Part shown: positions 51,658-61,944 of the stretch, one piece after another
Layout of the letters: every line of letters starts with the position of its first letter
Numbering within the stretch: the stretch's first letter is position 1
Assembly (NCBI GenBank): GCA_028826165.1
Contig: JAPDFW010000061.1
Coordinates: forward strand, 248,001 to 312,000
Length of the DNA: 64,000 nt
From: Anaeramoeba ignava BMAN
Taxonomy: Eukaryota > Protista > Anaeramoebae
Reading direction: 5' to 3'
The notes under the pieces: generated by a model
What the model was told of the DNA's origin: nothing
The model's database searches: none
The model's input: only the letters and a program-made list of their open reading frames with translations
Translations under genes and position numbers: made by a program

Positions 51658-54600
51658 ATGGAAGCTGAAAAAGTAAAAGAGAATAAATTTTTTTATAAAC
51701 ACACAAAAAACACAATCTAAATCCAAAATAACCACACAATAAACATAAATAATAACCACACAATAAACATAAAATAACCACCAAATAAATTATTAAATTG
51801 ATTATTAAATTAATTATAAAATTGATTATTAAATTGATTATTAAATTAATTATAAAATTAATTATTAAATTGATTATTAAATTGATTATTAAATTGATTA
51901 TTAAATTGATTATTAAATTAATTATAAAATTAATTATTAAATTGATTATTAAATTGATTATTAAATTTATTATTAAATTAATTATTAAATTTATTATTAA
52001 ATTGATTATTAAATTGATTATTAAATTAATTATTAAATTAATTATTAAATTAATTATTAAATTGATTATTAAATTAATTAATAAATTAATTATTTATTAA
52101 ATTGATTATTAAATTGATTATAAAATTGATTATTAAATTGATTAATAAATTGATTATTAAATTAATTATTAAATTGATTAATAAATTTAATTATTAAATT
52201 GATTATTAAATTTATTATTAAATTAATTATTAAATTGATTAATAAATTTAATTATTAAATTGATTATTAAATTTATTATTAAATTTGATTATTAAATTGA
52301 TTATCAAATTGATTATTAAATTGATTATTAAAAAATTGATTATTAAATTGATTATTAAATTGATTATAAAATTTAATTATTAAATTGATTATTAAATTGA
52401 TTATTAAATTGATTATTAAATTAATTATAAAATTAATTATTAAATTAATTATTAAATTAATTATTAAATTAATTATTAAATTGATTATTAAATTAATTAT
52501 TAAATTTATTATTAAATTGGTTATTAAAATTAATTATAAAATTGATTATTAAATTGATTATAAAATTAATTATTAAATTGATTATAAAATTAATTATTAA
52601 ATTGATTATTAAATTTATTATTAAAATTAGTTACAAGCAGTTGAAATTCAGAAAAATTTTTATTGGGTTGGAGCTTTAGATCCTGATATAAGAATATTTG
52701 ATATTGTGATGTATTGTGAATTTGGAACAACATACAATTCATATTTATTAAAAGGAAGTGAAAAAACAGCACTTATTGAAACAGTAAAAGATACAAATGA
52801 TTCATACAGACAATTTGAAGAACGTTTGAATTCAATTTTGAAAAAAGGAGAAAAACTAGATTATGTTATTCATAATCATGCTGAACCAGATCATTCAGGT
52901 GCTTCTTATAGACTTCTTTCTGAAAAATTCCCTGAAGCAACTATTATAGCTTCAAGAAATGGTGTCGAGAATATTAAACATATGTATGGTGATGATGCTG
53001 AAAAATTCAGATTTTTGGAAGCTCGTGATGGTTTAATTGTTCGTCTTGGTGGTTTCACTCTTTCTTTTATGATGAATCCTTTAGGTTTGATAAATCAAAA
53101 TTTAAATCAAAATCAAAATCAAAATCAAAAATCAATATCAATATCAATATCAAAATTAAATTCAAATTCAATATCAAAATCAAATTCAAATTCAAATTTA
53201 AAATCAAAATCAAAATCAAAATCAAAATTAATATCAATATCAAAATTAAAATCAAAATTAAAATCAAAAATCAAAATCAATATCAAAATCAAAATTAAAA
53301 TTAAAATTAATATCAAAATCAAAATTAAAATTAAAATTAATATCAAAATCAAAATCAAAATTTAAATTAAATCAAAATCAAAATTTAAATTAAATCAAAA
53401 TCAAAATTTAAATTAAATCAAAATCAAAATTTAAATTAAATCAAAATCAAAATCAATATCAAAATCAAAATCAATATCAAAATTAAAATTAAATTCAAAA
53501 TCAATATCAAAATCATTTAGTTCATTGGCCAGATACAATGTTTACATATTGTCCTGAATTAAAAACTATATTTACTTGTGATCTTTTTGGTTCACATTAT
53601 TCTTCTCCAAAAATATTTAAAGATCTTCTTGATGAAAAAGAAACAGCAGATATGTGGAAAGCAGCAAAAGGATCATATTTTGATCCGATTTTTGGACCAT
53701 ATAAGAAATATGTAGTACAAGGATTAGATAAAATTAAAGAATTAGAACTTGAGATGATATGTTGTGCACATGGACCAGGTAAAAATAATTAAAAATCAAA
53801 ATCAAAATTAAAATCAAAATCAAAATTAAAATTAAAATCCAAATCAAAATTCAAAATCAATTTTAAAATCAAAATTAAAATTAAAATTAAAATTAAAATT
53901 AAAAATTAAAATTAAAATTAAAATTAAAATTAAAATTAAAATTAAAATTAAAATTAAAATCAAAATCAAAATCAAAATCAAAATTCAAATCAAAATCAAA
54001 ATCAAAATCAAAATCCAAATCAAAATCAAAATTCAAAATCAAAATCAAAATTAAAATAAAAATTCAAATCAAAATCCAAATCAAAATTCAAAATCAATTT
54101 TAAAATTAAAATTAAAATTAAAATTAAAATCAAAATCAAAATTAAATTCAAAATAAAAATCAAAAATAAAAAATATTTGAAAAAAAATAGTAATTAGAAA
54201 AAATATTGAAGAATACATGGAAAAATATCGAGAATGGAGCAAAATAACATTGCCAAAAAACAAAGTATTAATAGTTCATATAGCAGCTTATGGATTCACA
54301 AACCGTATGGCAACCCTTATCAAACAAGGATTGGAATCAATTGGCAAAGATATTGAAGTAAAGATGTTGAACTTCTTAGAAACAACAGAAACAGAAATAA
54401 TGAAGGAATTAGGAGAGTCACGAGGATTATTGCTTGGCTCACCAACACTTCTGAGCGATGCAGTACCACCAATTATGAAAATTGCAGCGAATTTAAACCC
54501 AGTTGTGCATGGAACGGATCCAGAAACGCGACTTGTTGCTTGCAGTTTCGGATCATACGGATGGAGTGGGGAAGCAGCTGACAATATCTGCCAACGACTC

Positions 54601-56928
54601 GCACAAGCAAGAGTAAGAATACCACTTCGGCCACTAAAAGTGCAATTGCGGCCCTCAAAAAAACAAGAGGAGCAATGTGTGGAATGGGGAGCGAAGTTCG
54701 GAAGATTGATGCTTGGATTGGATCCTGTGGATGAGGATCTTGAGAAGAAAATTCGGATCAAACAGACAAGTTTCCGAAAAGTTTTGAATCCAGAAATGGC
54801 GCAGAATATCGGACGCAAAACCTTCCGCGACGCGCAGGACGGGAAGATATACAAATGGCGGTGCATTGTTTGCGGGGAGATTGTGTATGCAACGATGCCA
54901 CCCGAGGTATGTCCTGCGTGCGGAGTGTCACAAGAAGTGTTTGTGATGGAAGACGAAGTCGAAAATTTTCCCGATGACTGGGAGCTAAGTGAGACTTTGC
55001 AAGGAGTAACCGACAAGATTGTTGTTATTGGAGCAAGTGCAGCAGGGGTGTCAGCGGTTCAGGCCATCAGGGAGCAAAACAAGAAAGCGCAGGTGACTTT
55101 AATCAGCGGAGAAAGCGCACCACCGTATTATCGACCCTCGTTAACCAAGTATCTTCTTGACGACAGACGGATCGAGGAAGAAGCGTTCCAGCTTGTGGAT
55201 CCGCAGTGGTTCGTTGAGAACAGTGTTGAGTTTTTATTGGGTACAGTTGTAACTAATATAAATATCAAAAAAAAGAGGATCGAACTTCAATCCAGAGAAA
55301 AAGGCGCAGGAAAGAAAAAACAGATCAGCTACGATCGACTCATTCTCGCTGTAGGAGCAAACCAGACACTTCCCAAAGAAAAAACATCCATTTTCCACAA
55401 GCGCGCGAAGACAGACATCTTGGGCGAAGCAACCTCAAAGAAGATAAATGTGTTTGCATTCCGCACGCTGGAAGACAGCAAGCGAATCAAAAGCTATATC
55501 CGCGCCAATAAGGTCAACTCCGCAATTGTGCTCGGTGCAGGTCCGCTTGGGCTCGAGGTGATGGAAGGTCTTCTCGGACTTGGCGTGAAGGAAATCAAGG
55601 CAATCGAAAGTCGCAAGCATATTTTGTCATCGAGATTGGATGATCAAGGAAGTTTGCTAGTTCAGAAGTTTCTTAAAAGACACGGTGTGAAATTTCATCT
55701 TGGCTACGAGATGCATCACATTTTGGATAACTCCAACAACAAGAAATACAAGAAAACAGAGAAAACTGCAAGTAATTTAGCTCATGGAATCGCTATACAG
55801 TCAATCGATATTGAAGACACTTCGCTCGTCGAAATTTATGCTGATATCGTCATTTTCGCCACTGGTGTTCATTCAGAGATGTCTCTTGCAAAGAAGATCG
55901 GACTCACCACTAAAAACGGGATTGTTGTTGATTCAAGAATGAAAACTTCCAATCCAGATATTTTTGCTTGTGGTGATTGCATTGAATACAAGGGTTTCAA
56001 TGAACGCTCTTGGCGCAATGCACAGGCATCTGGTCGTGTTGCAGGTCTTGCTGCTCTCGGCGATTCCGCTGTTACTTTCCGTGTCTCTGTTTCTCCTTAT
56101 GCTGTTGCCTTTGCTGGACTTAATATATTTTGCATAGGAAATATTCACGAACCAACTTTGGAATCTGTTTCTTTTGTTTCCCAGAAGATCCCTGCTTATA
56201 CCAGGCTTTTCTTTAGGGATGAAGGTTTCCGCTCAGTCATTTGTGGTGCTATGTTGATTACTACTGAGACTTCTATGATTGTGTCTATTGAGCAACATAT
56301 CCGAGCACAAACACCATTTAAAAAAGCGATTAAAAGTTTAATGTATTTTTTTAACTTAATATTAAAATATTAAAATTAAAATTAAAATTAAAATATTTAT
56401 ATTAATAATAATATAAAAAAGTGTTCATACATTTGCAAAAGATAAGAAAAAACAAGTCCTTTCTAAAAGAGCAAAAGCAAGAATCTCAAAAAGCAATATT
56501 CCAAATCTTTACACATTATTTCACTTCAAAGAAGGTTTCACTGCTTTCCATCGATTCCTTTGCGATGAATTTACAGAAGAAACTCTTGATTTCTGGGTAG
56601 ATGCAGAAAATTATGCTCAAATTCCAGATAACAACAAATCACAAGCTCCTTTAGCTAAACAAATTTTCCATGATTATCTCCGTTATGGTGCTGAAAAAGA
56701 AGTCAATATCGACCATTTTGCTCGTGTTGAATGCTCAGATCGAATCAAGAATAATGATATCGACAGAACTATCTTCTTAACAGCTCAAAGACAAATTGCA
56801 GAACTTCTTCAATCTGATCTTCTTAAACGTTTCTTAAGAAGTCCTGAAGCAAAACCTGTTATTGAGAAATTTGGAAATTTACAAGACAAAATTGAAAAAA
56901 ATTCAGAAGATGAATCAACAAGTAGTGA

Positions 56929-56932
<4 letters not shown>
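51658..56932 (+). CDS. Class F-like flavodiiron protein (diiron MBL + flavodoxin + short rubredoxin + NADH:rubredoxin oxidoreductase) fused to a C-terminal RGS domain (about 1129 aa)
   Basis: Exons 51658-51672, 52631-53084, 53521-53778, 54191-56342, 56422-56932, all GT-AG and phase-compatible. Motifs HAEPDH, VHWPD, CDLFG, CAHG; GSPT, GSYGWSGEA; CIVC-x12-CPAC; GASAAG, GAGPLG, IFACGD; then RGS. Confidence 0.85.
51795..52625 (+). repeat. Intronic 12-mer repeat (AAATTGATTATT)n
   Basis: Fills intron 51673-52630. Confidence 0.85.
56422..56932 (+). CDS. RGS (regulator of G-protein signalling) domain exon, not in the ORF track
   Basis: Open frame with no ATG: EGFTAFHRFLCDEFTEETLDFWVDAENY...AKQIFHDYLRYGAEKEVNID...IFLTAQRQIAELLQSDLLKRFLRS...TSSD*. 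Confidence 0.9.
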
Positions 56933-56959
<27 letters not shown>

Positions 56960-57058
56960 TTTCTATTTTTCTTTTTCTTTTTCAATTTCAAATTCAAATT
57001 CAAATTTCTCAATAAAAAAATTCAAAAGAAAAAAATTTAATTTTGTTTGTTATTTAAT

Positions 57059-60000
57059 TTATTTTTGTGAATTTATAAAATTGGAATTAATAAAATAATG
57101 ACTATTTGTAATTCCTGTATCTGCAAAATTACTCAAATCTGTTTGTAAATTTTGATTTAAAACATTTCCATTTCGTTCTTGATTTTGTGAATTGATTGAA
57201 TTCTGATTAAAATACGAAGATTGGTTTTGATTTGAATTTTGATTTTGTTTCAAATATTGATTTGAATCTGATAAAGTTCTTCCATCAATATCTTCAGACC
57301 TAATCTTATTTTTTTTAGAGCGAACAGTACGCAAATCCTTCTTGATAAGAAAAATCTTTTTTTTGCCATTGAGAACATCTTGACTTTTTGGTCCAAGTAG
57401 GAAATTAATTGTAACACACTTTGAAGAAGAAGATCTTGTTGAGAAAAGCGAGAATTCTTCTTTGAGAATTTTCTTCACAACCAAAAGTTGAAACAAAGTA
57501 TTCAAATAGGCTTGTGAAAGAGAAACGGGAGAATTATTGGAATCTTTGCGTTTGTTTGTATTAAGAAGTCTAACAAGTTGCTTTTTGTTTTTGTTTTGGT
57601 GCTCTTTGATGGTATTTATAACATGTATAGAATCATCAGTAACATCTTTTAAGGGAAATTCATTTTCTTGTGATTCTCGACAAAAATCACAAGAAGAATG
57701 GCATTGTGAACTGGGGAATTTCTCTTTGAAATATTTGAGTAAAGCAACTCGTCTGCACTTGTGATTCTGTTCGCAATAATTCGCCATTGATTCTAAAAGA
57801 TGAAGTTGATGAGTTTTCATGTATTCGCTATGAAGTGAGTTTTGAGCAGATTCTTCATCATTCGAAAGTATGGCTTTAGCAATGCGGATTTTATCTGCAG
57901 AAGAGTAATAAATTCTACAACAAGCAGGCTTTCCATCACGACCAGCACGACCACTTTCCTGATAATATCCCTCAAGACACTTGGGAATTGTCTGATGAAT
58001 AACAAATCTCACATCTGATTTATTGATCCCCATCCCAAAAGCGATTGTTGCTATCACAACCTTGATTTCTCCATTCAGCCAGCGCTGTTGTGTGTCATCA
58101 CGTTCACTATCATCACGATGATAAATACCGCAACGTATCCCACTTTTCTGCATTTCACTTGCTAAACGGTTGCAATCTCCCTTCGAAAAACAGTACACAA
58201 TCCCGGTTTGATTGGGATATACTGATTTGATAAACTTTATAATTTGCGTGTTCACTTTCTTTGTTTTTGGAACAACTTCGTAGATCAAATTCGGGCGATT
58301 GAAACTCTGAATGAAAATTTCGCATCCATTAATTCCGAGAATTTGAACCACATCCTTCATCACTGTTGGTGTTGCTGTGGCTGTTAATGCAATTATAGGC
58401 ACACCACTAAATCTTCTTTTTAATTCTTGAAGATCTTTGTAACTTGGTCGGAAATCATGTCCCCACTGAGAAACGCAATGTGCTTCATCAATTGCAAATC
58501 TTTGGAGTTTATTTTCTTGGTTCAGTCTTGTTAACAAGGAAAAAAATCTGCGACTTGAATTTATTTTCTCAGGTGTCACATAAAGAATTTTAATTACTTC
58601 ATCTGACCTTTCAAGTGATTGGTAAATATGTTCTTCATCCCCAGTATTAAAACTCTCAGCTGGAATACCTACAGATTTCAAATACATGACTTGATCACGA
58701 ATCAGAGAGATTAATGGCGATACCACTACTGTTACTCCTTTGTTTACTAGTGATGGTAATTGATAACACAATGAGTTGTGTGTTACTGTGAAATCTTCAA
58801 GCAAGTATCTTTGTGTTCCATCAAGTTCAAATCCATAATATTCTGCTTCTTCTATCGGATATACCTGGAATTTTCTGAGTGAATAATGTGTTCCTGGTTT
58901 GAGTCCTGTTTGTTTTCTGTTGTTGATGTAATTTTGCGGGAATTCTGCAACCCATATTTTATGCATTTTTCCATTATGCTTTCTCCTTTCATGTTTTTGC
59001 ATTTTTTCATTTAGTTTTTCAATTTCTTCTTCATCTATATATATCTTTCTTATCCTAATCTCAATTCCAATACATCTTCCTATAAATTGCACATCTTTCC
59101 TCCACTTAGAACCACTAAAATTTCCTCTACTTAAAATTATCCTATCAGGAAATTTTGAATCTTCCCATATTTCTATACTTCCCTCAATAATTCCCCATAA
59201 AAACTCCATTTGTTGTTTTTGTGTTGCATATTTATAAACACTGGGAATTCTTCTTATTTTTGTGTTAAATTCATTTTTGCAATTAATTCGAAATAACATT
59301 TTCCCTGCTTTGTAAGGGGATATTTTCATTGGTTTTGATTTTATTCCTTCAAATGAAACTTGCACTTTAAAAAGTCTTATTCTTTCCTTAATTTGTAAAG
59401 GTAAATTCATAAGATTTTGTGCTTCAATATCAAAAACACAACCTGTTTTCTGATCAACAACACTAATCAAATGAGCAGATGTAACATCAAAATACTCTCC
59501 AGTTTCAGCAACAACCCGATACATTTGATCTTTTCCAGAACACAAAGCAATAACATTTCGTGGTTTAGAATCTTCCCCCATTAATTTATCACCAACTCTC
59601 ACTTTTTCTACACATTTCATCTTTCCATTGATAAGCATAACTTTTGTTCCTTTTGGATGACACTTACCTCCACCTGTTGGCATTATCACGAAAATATCCT
59701 TTCCTAGCATCGATGCATTTATGATTTCTTGTTGATGCGTTCGAAATTTACTGATCCCAAAAAGTGGCATTGTTTTTTGTATTTCAGAACTCCAAGAAAA
59801 TGTTTTTTGTCGATATTGGTCATAATCTGTGTTTACTTTCATTTTTTCCTTTTCATCGGACATTAAAAATTGGAAGTGGCTTTTCATTTCTTCTTCGGTC
59901 ATGATTTTGGGTTGTGAATGGAATACATTTACTGGTTCATATTCAGTAAAATCAAGTTCTTGTTTTGGTCTATCAAATTCTTGAAAATTCTGATTATTTG

Positions 60001-61483
60001 TAAAGCTTTGTCTTGGTTTCTCTGTAAAATCGTTATTGAAATCATTATCATATAAATCATCAAATGTTCCAATATTGGGTGTATTTTTTGAAAAAATGAT
60101 ATTTGCATTGCTTGTTTCATCTCCAAAACTTGTAATTTTTGAAGTGGAAATATTTGAGTATAATTGCTGTCTTAAATCTTTTTTATTTTCATATGTTGGA
60201 GTTTTTTCTATTTCTGTAAAATTTGGAGTATTTTTCGAAATTGTAAATAAATTATTTGCTGAAACAAATCCATTATTAAGATTATTTGAAAGATTATTTG
60301 AAAAATTATTTAAATTATTTGAAAGATTATTTGAAAGATTATTTGAAAGATTATTTGAAATATTATTTAAATTATTTAAATTAGTTGAAAAGTAATTTGA
60401 ATTATTTGAATTATTTGAATTATTTGAATTATTTGAATTATTAGAAAAGTTATTTGAATTATTTGAATTATTTGAATTATTAGAAAAGTAATTTGAAAAG
60501 TTATTTGAATTATTTGAATTATTTGAAGTATTTGAATTATTTGAGTTATTTGAATTATTTGGATTATTTGAATTATTTGAATTATTTGAATTATTTGAAT
60601 TATTTGAATTATTTGAATTATTTGAATTATTTGAATTATGATTTAGAATTCCTCTCTTTAATTTTGATTCCATAATTTGACTCATTTCATTAACTTGATT
60701 TCCAATAAGAGAGATTATATGAGCAAATTCTTGAATTTTTCTTGATAATTCTTCTAGATTCATTTCCTCCATTTCTACATGTGATAAAAAACTAATATTT
60801 TCTAATTGATTTCTATAATGGTTTGCATATATTATTTGAACTGGTTTTTTTATTATTTGGTTTTGAATTTTATACAAAGAATTTTCTTGAAAGCTATTAT
60901 TTTTTGTAAATGAATTTGAATTTGAATTTGAATTTGAATTTGTATTTGAATTTGAATTTGTATTTGAATTTGTATTTGAATTTGTATTTGAATTTGTATT
61001 TGAATTTGAATTTGGATTTGGATTTGAATTTAAATTAGAATTTGAATTCTGGATTTTTATCTGGGAATTTGATTGAAATATTATAGGTGTTTTATTTGGT
61101 GAATTTAATAAAGAAGGATTATTGAAATTTGATAAATTTTGTTGCTGTTTTTGTTGTTTTGTTGATTTTGGTGAATTTAATAAATTATTTGATGAATTTT
61201 GCATTGTTTTTGGTAATAAATTTGTTGATAATGGATTCACTGTAGTTGGAAGTGCTCCTTGAAATGCTTTTAATTTATCAAAAATATTTACATTATTTTT
61301 ATTTTTGATTGGATTTGATAAAAATTGAGAGTTTGTAATTCCTTCAAAATTATTATTTCCTTTATCATTTATAAATGAATTTGAATTTGAATTTGAATTT
61401 GAATTTTTGTTTGTTTTTGGTTTTTTAACTTGAAAACCAGAACTTAAATCAACATTTGCAAAATAATCTACTTTTTGACTCAT
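57059..61483 (-). CDS. recQ: RecQ-family (BLM/Sgs1-like) DNA helicase precursor containing an intein
   Basis: FGISKFRTHQQEII, MPTGGGK|SLCYQLP, VSPLISLIRDQV, AIDEAHCVSQWGHDFRPSY, ALTATA, ATIAFGMGINK, YYQESGRAGRDG, RQC zinc site CRR...CHSSCDFC. N-rich N-terminus; intronless. Confidence 0.95.
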   Translation of the reverse strand: MSQKVDYFANVDLSSGFQVKKPKTNKNSNSNSNSNSFINDKGNNNFEGITNSQFLSNPIKNKNNVNIFDKLKAFQGALPTTVNPLSTNLLPKTMQNSSNNLLNSPKSTKQQKQQQNLSNFNNPSLLNSPNKTPIIFQSNSQIKIQNSNSNLNSNPNPNSNSNTNSNTNSNTNSNTNSNSNTNSNSNSNSNSFTKNNSFQENSLYKIQNQIIKKPVQIIYANHYRNQLENISFLSHVEMEEMNLEELSRKIQEFAHIISLIGNQVNEMSQIMESKLKRGILNHNSNNSNNSNNSNNSNNSNNSNNSNNPNNSNNSNNSNTSNNSNNSNNFSNYFSNNSNNSNNSNNFSNNSNNSNNSNNSNNSNYFSTNLNNLNNISNNLSNNLSNNLSNNLNNFSNNLSNNLNNGFVSANNLFTISKNTPNFTEIEKTPTYENKKDLRQQLYSNISTSKITSFGDETSNANIIFSKNTPNIGTFDDLYDNDFNNDFTEKPRQSFTNNQNFQEFDRPKQELDFTEYEPVNVFHSQPKIMTEEEMKSHFQFLMSDEKEKMKVNTDYDQYRQKTFSWSSEIQKTMPLFGISKFRTHQQEIINASMLGKDIFVIMPTGGGKCHPKGTKVMLINGKMKCVEKVRVGDKLMGEDSKPRNVIALCSGKDQMYRVVAETGEYFDVTSAHLISVVDQKTGCVFDIEAQNLMNLPLQIKERIRLFKVQVSFEGIKSKPMKISPYKAGKMLFRINCKNEFNTKIRRIPSVYKYATQKQQMEFLWGIIEGSIEIWEDSKFPDRIILSRGNFSGSKWRKDVQFIGRCIGIEIRIRKIYIDEEEIEKLNEKMQKHERRKHNGKMHKIWVAEFPQNYINNRKQTGLKPGTHYSLRKFQVYPIEEAEYYGFELDGTQRYLLEDFTVTHNSLCYQLPSLVNKGVTVVVSPLISLIRDQVMYLKSVGIPAESFNTGDEEHIYQSLERSDEVIKILYVTPEKINSSRRFFSLLTRLNQENKLQRFAIDEAHCVSQWGHDFRPSYKDLQELKRRFSGVPIIALTATATPTVMKDVVQILGINGCEIFIQSFNRPNLIYEVVPKTKKVNTQIIKFIKSVYPNQTGIVYCFSKGDCNRLASEMQKSGIRCGIYHRDDSERDDTQQRWLNGEIKVVIATIAFGMGINKSDVRFVIHQTIPKCLEGYYQESGRAGRDGKPACCRIYYSSADKIRIAKAILSNDEESAQNSLHSEYMKTHQLHLLESMANYCEQNHKCRRVALLKYFKEKFPSSQCHSSCDFCRESQENEFPLKDVTDDSIHVINTIKEHQNKNKKQLVRLLNTNKRKDSNNSPVSLSQAYLNTLFQLLVVKKILKEEFSLFSTRSSSSKCVTINFLLGPKSQDVLNGKKKIFLIKKDLRTVRSKKNKIRSEDIDGRTLSDSNQYLKQNQNSNQNQSSYFNQNSINSQNQERNGNVLNQNLQTDLSNFADTGITNSHYFINSNFINSQK
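58775..59662 (-). mobile_element. Intein (296 aa) in RecQ motif I, with degenerate LAGLIDADG-type endonuclease region
   Basis: Starts CHPKGTKVML, block B VTSAH, ends YYGFELDGTQRYLLEDFTVTHN followed by Ser+1. Removal restores PTGGGKSLCYQLP. Confidence 0.95.
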
Positions 61484-61680
61484 TTTAATTATAATAATAT
61501 AAAAGAAAATAAAAAAAGAAAAAAAAAAAGAAAAATGAATTTTAAAAAAAAATTTTTTTTTATACTTTTTGGTTTTTTTTTTTTAAATTTTTTCCTTTAT
61601 CGTTAAAAAAATTTTAATTTCATTTTTTTTCATTTTCTTCCTTTTCTTTTTTCTTCTTTATTTCTTCTTATTTCTTTTTA

Positions 61681-61915
61681 ATGACTCAAACTCATCTTCC
61701 TGTTTCTTCTTTAACAAGAATTATAAAAGAAAAAGTTTTTATTTTTAAACAAAAAAAAATCAAATTAAAAAATAATTTTATTATTATTTATAAATTAATT
61801 TGGATTCAATTTAGATAAGTGAAATTAATCCAAAAGAAAAACCAAAATTATCTTCTGGTTTTAAAGAATCTTTAGTTCAAATATCAAATTTATTTATTCA
61901 CTACATCACAACATT
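61681..61915 (+). CDS. 5' part of a histone-fold protein (POLE3/DPB4/NF-YB-like), truncated by the window end
   Basis: Exons 61681-61734 and 61815-61915: MTQTHLPVSSLTRIIKEKISEINPKEKPKLSSGFKESLVQISNLFIHYITT; GT donor at 61916. Confidence 0.65.
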
Positions 61916-61944
61916 GTATTTATCTCTTCAAAAAAAAAAACAAA

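Noticed and set aside
54288-56148. Antisense and alternate-frame ORFs inside FDP, hcp, RecQ and the surface-protein gene
   Set aside because: Shadow ORFs of well-supported coding regions.
54217-56373. 718-aa ORF as a stand-alone flavodoxin-rubredoxin-reductase gene
   Set aside because: It is exon 4 of a larger gene; upstream exons supply the diiron domain and a downstream exon supplies RGS.
56862-57098. 78-aa ORF downstream of the FDP
   Set aside because: Out-of-frame overlap with the RGS exon end and 3' UTR; starts at TTG and has no domain.
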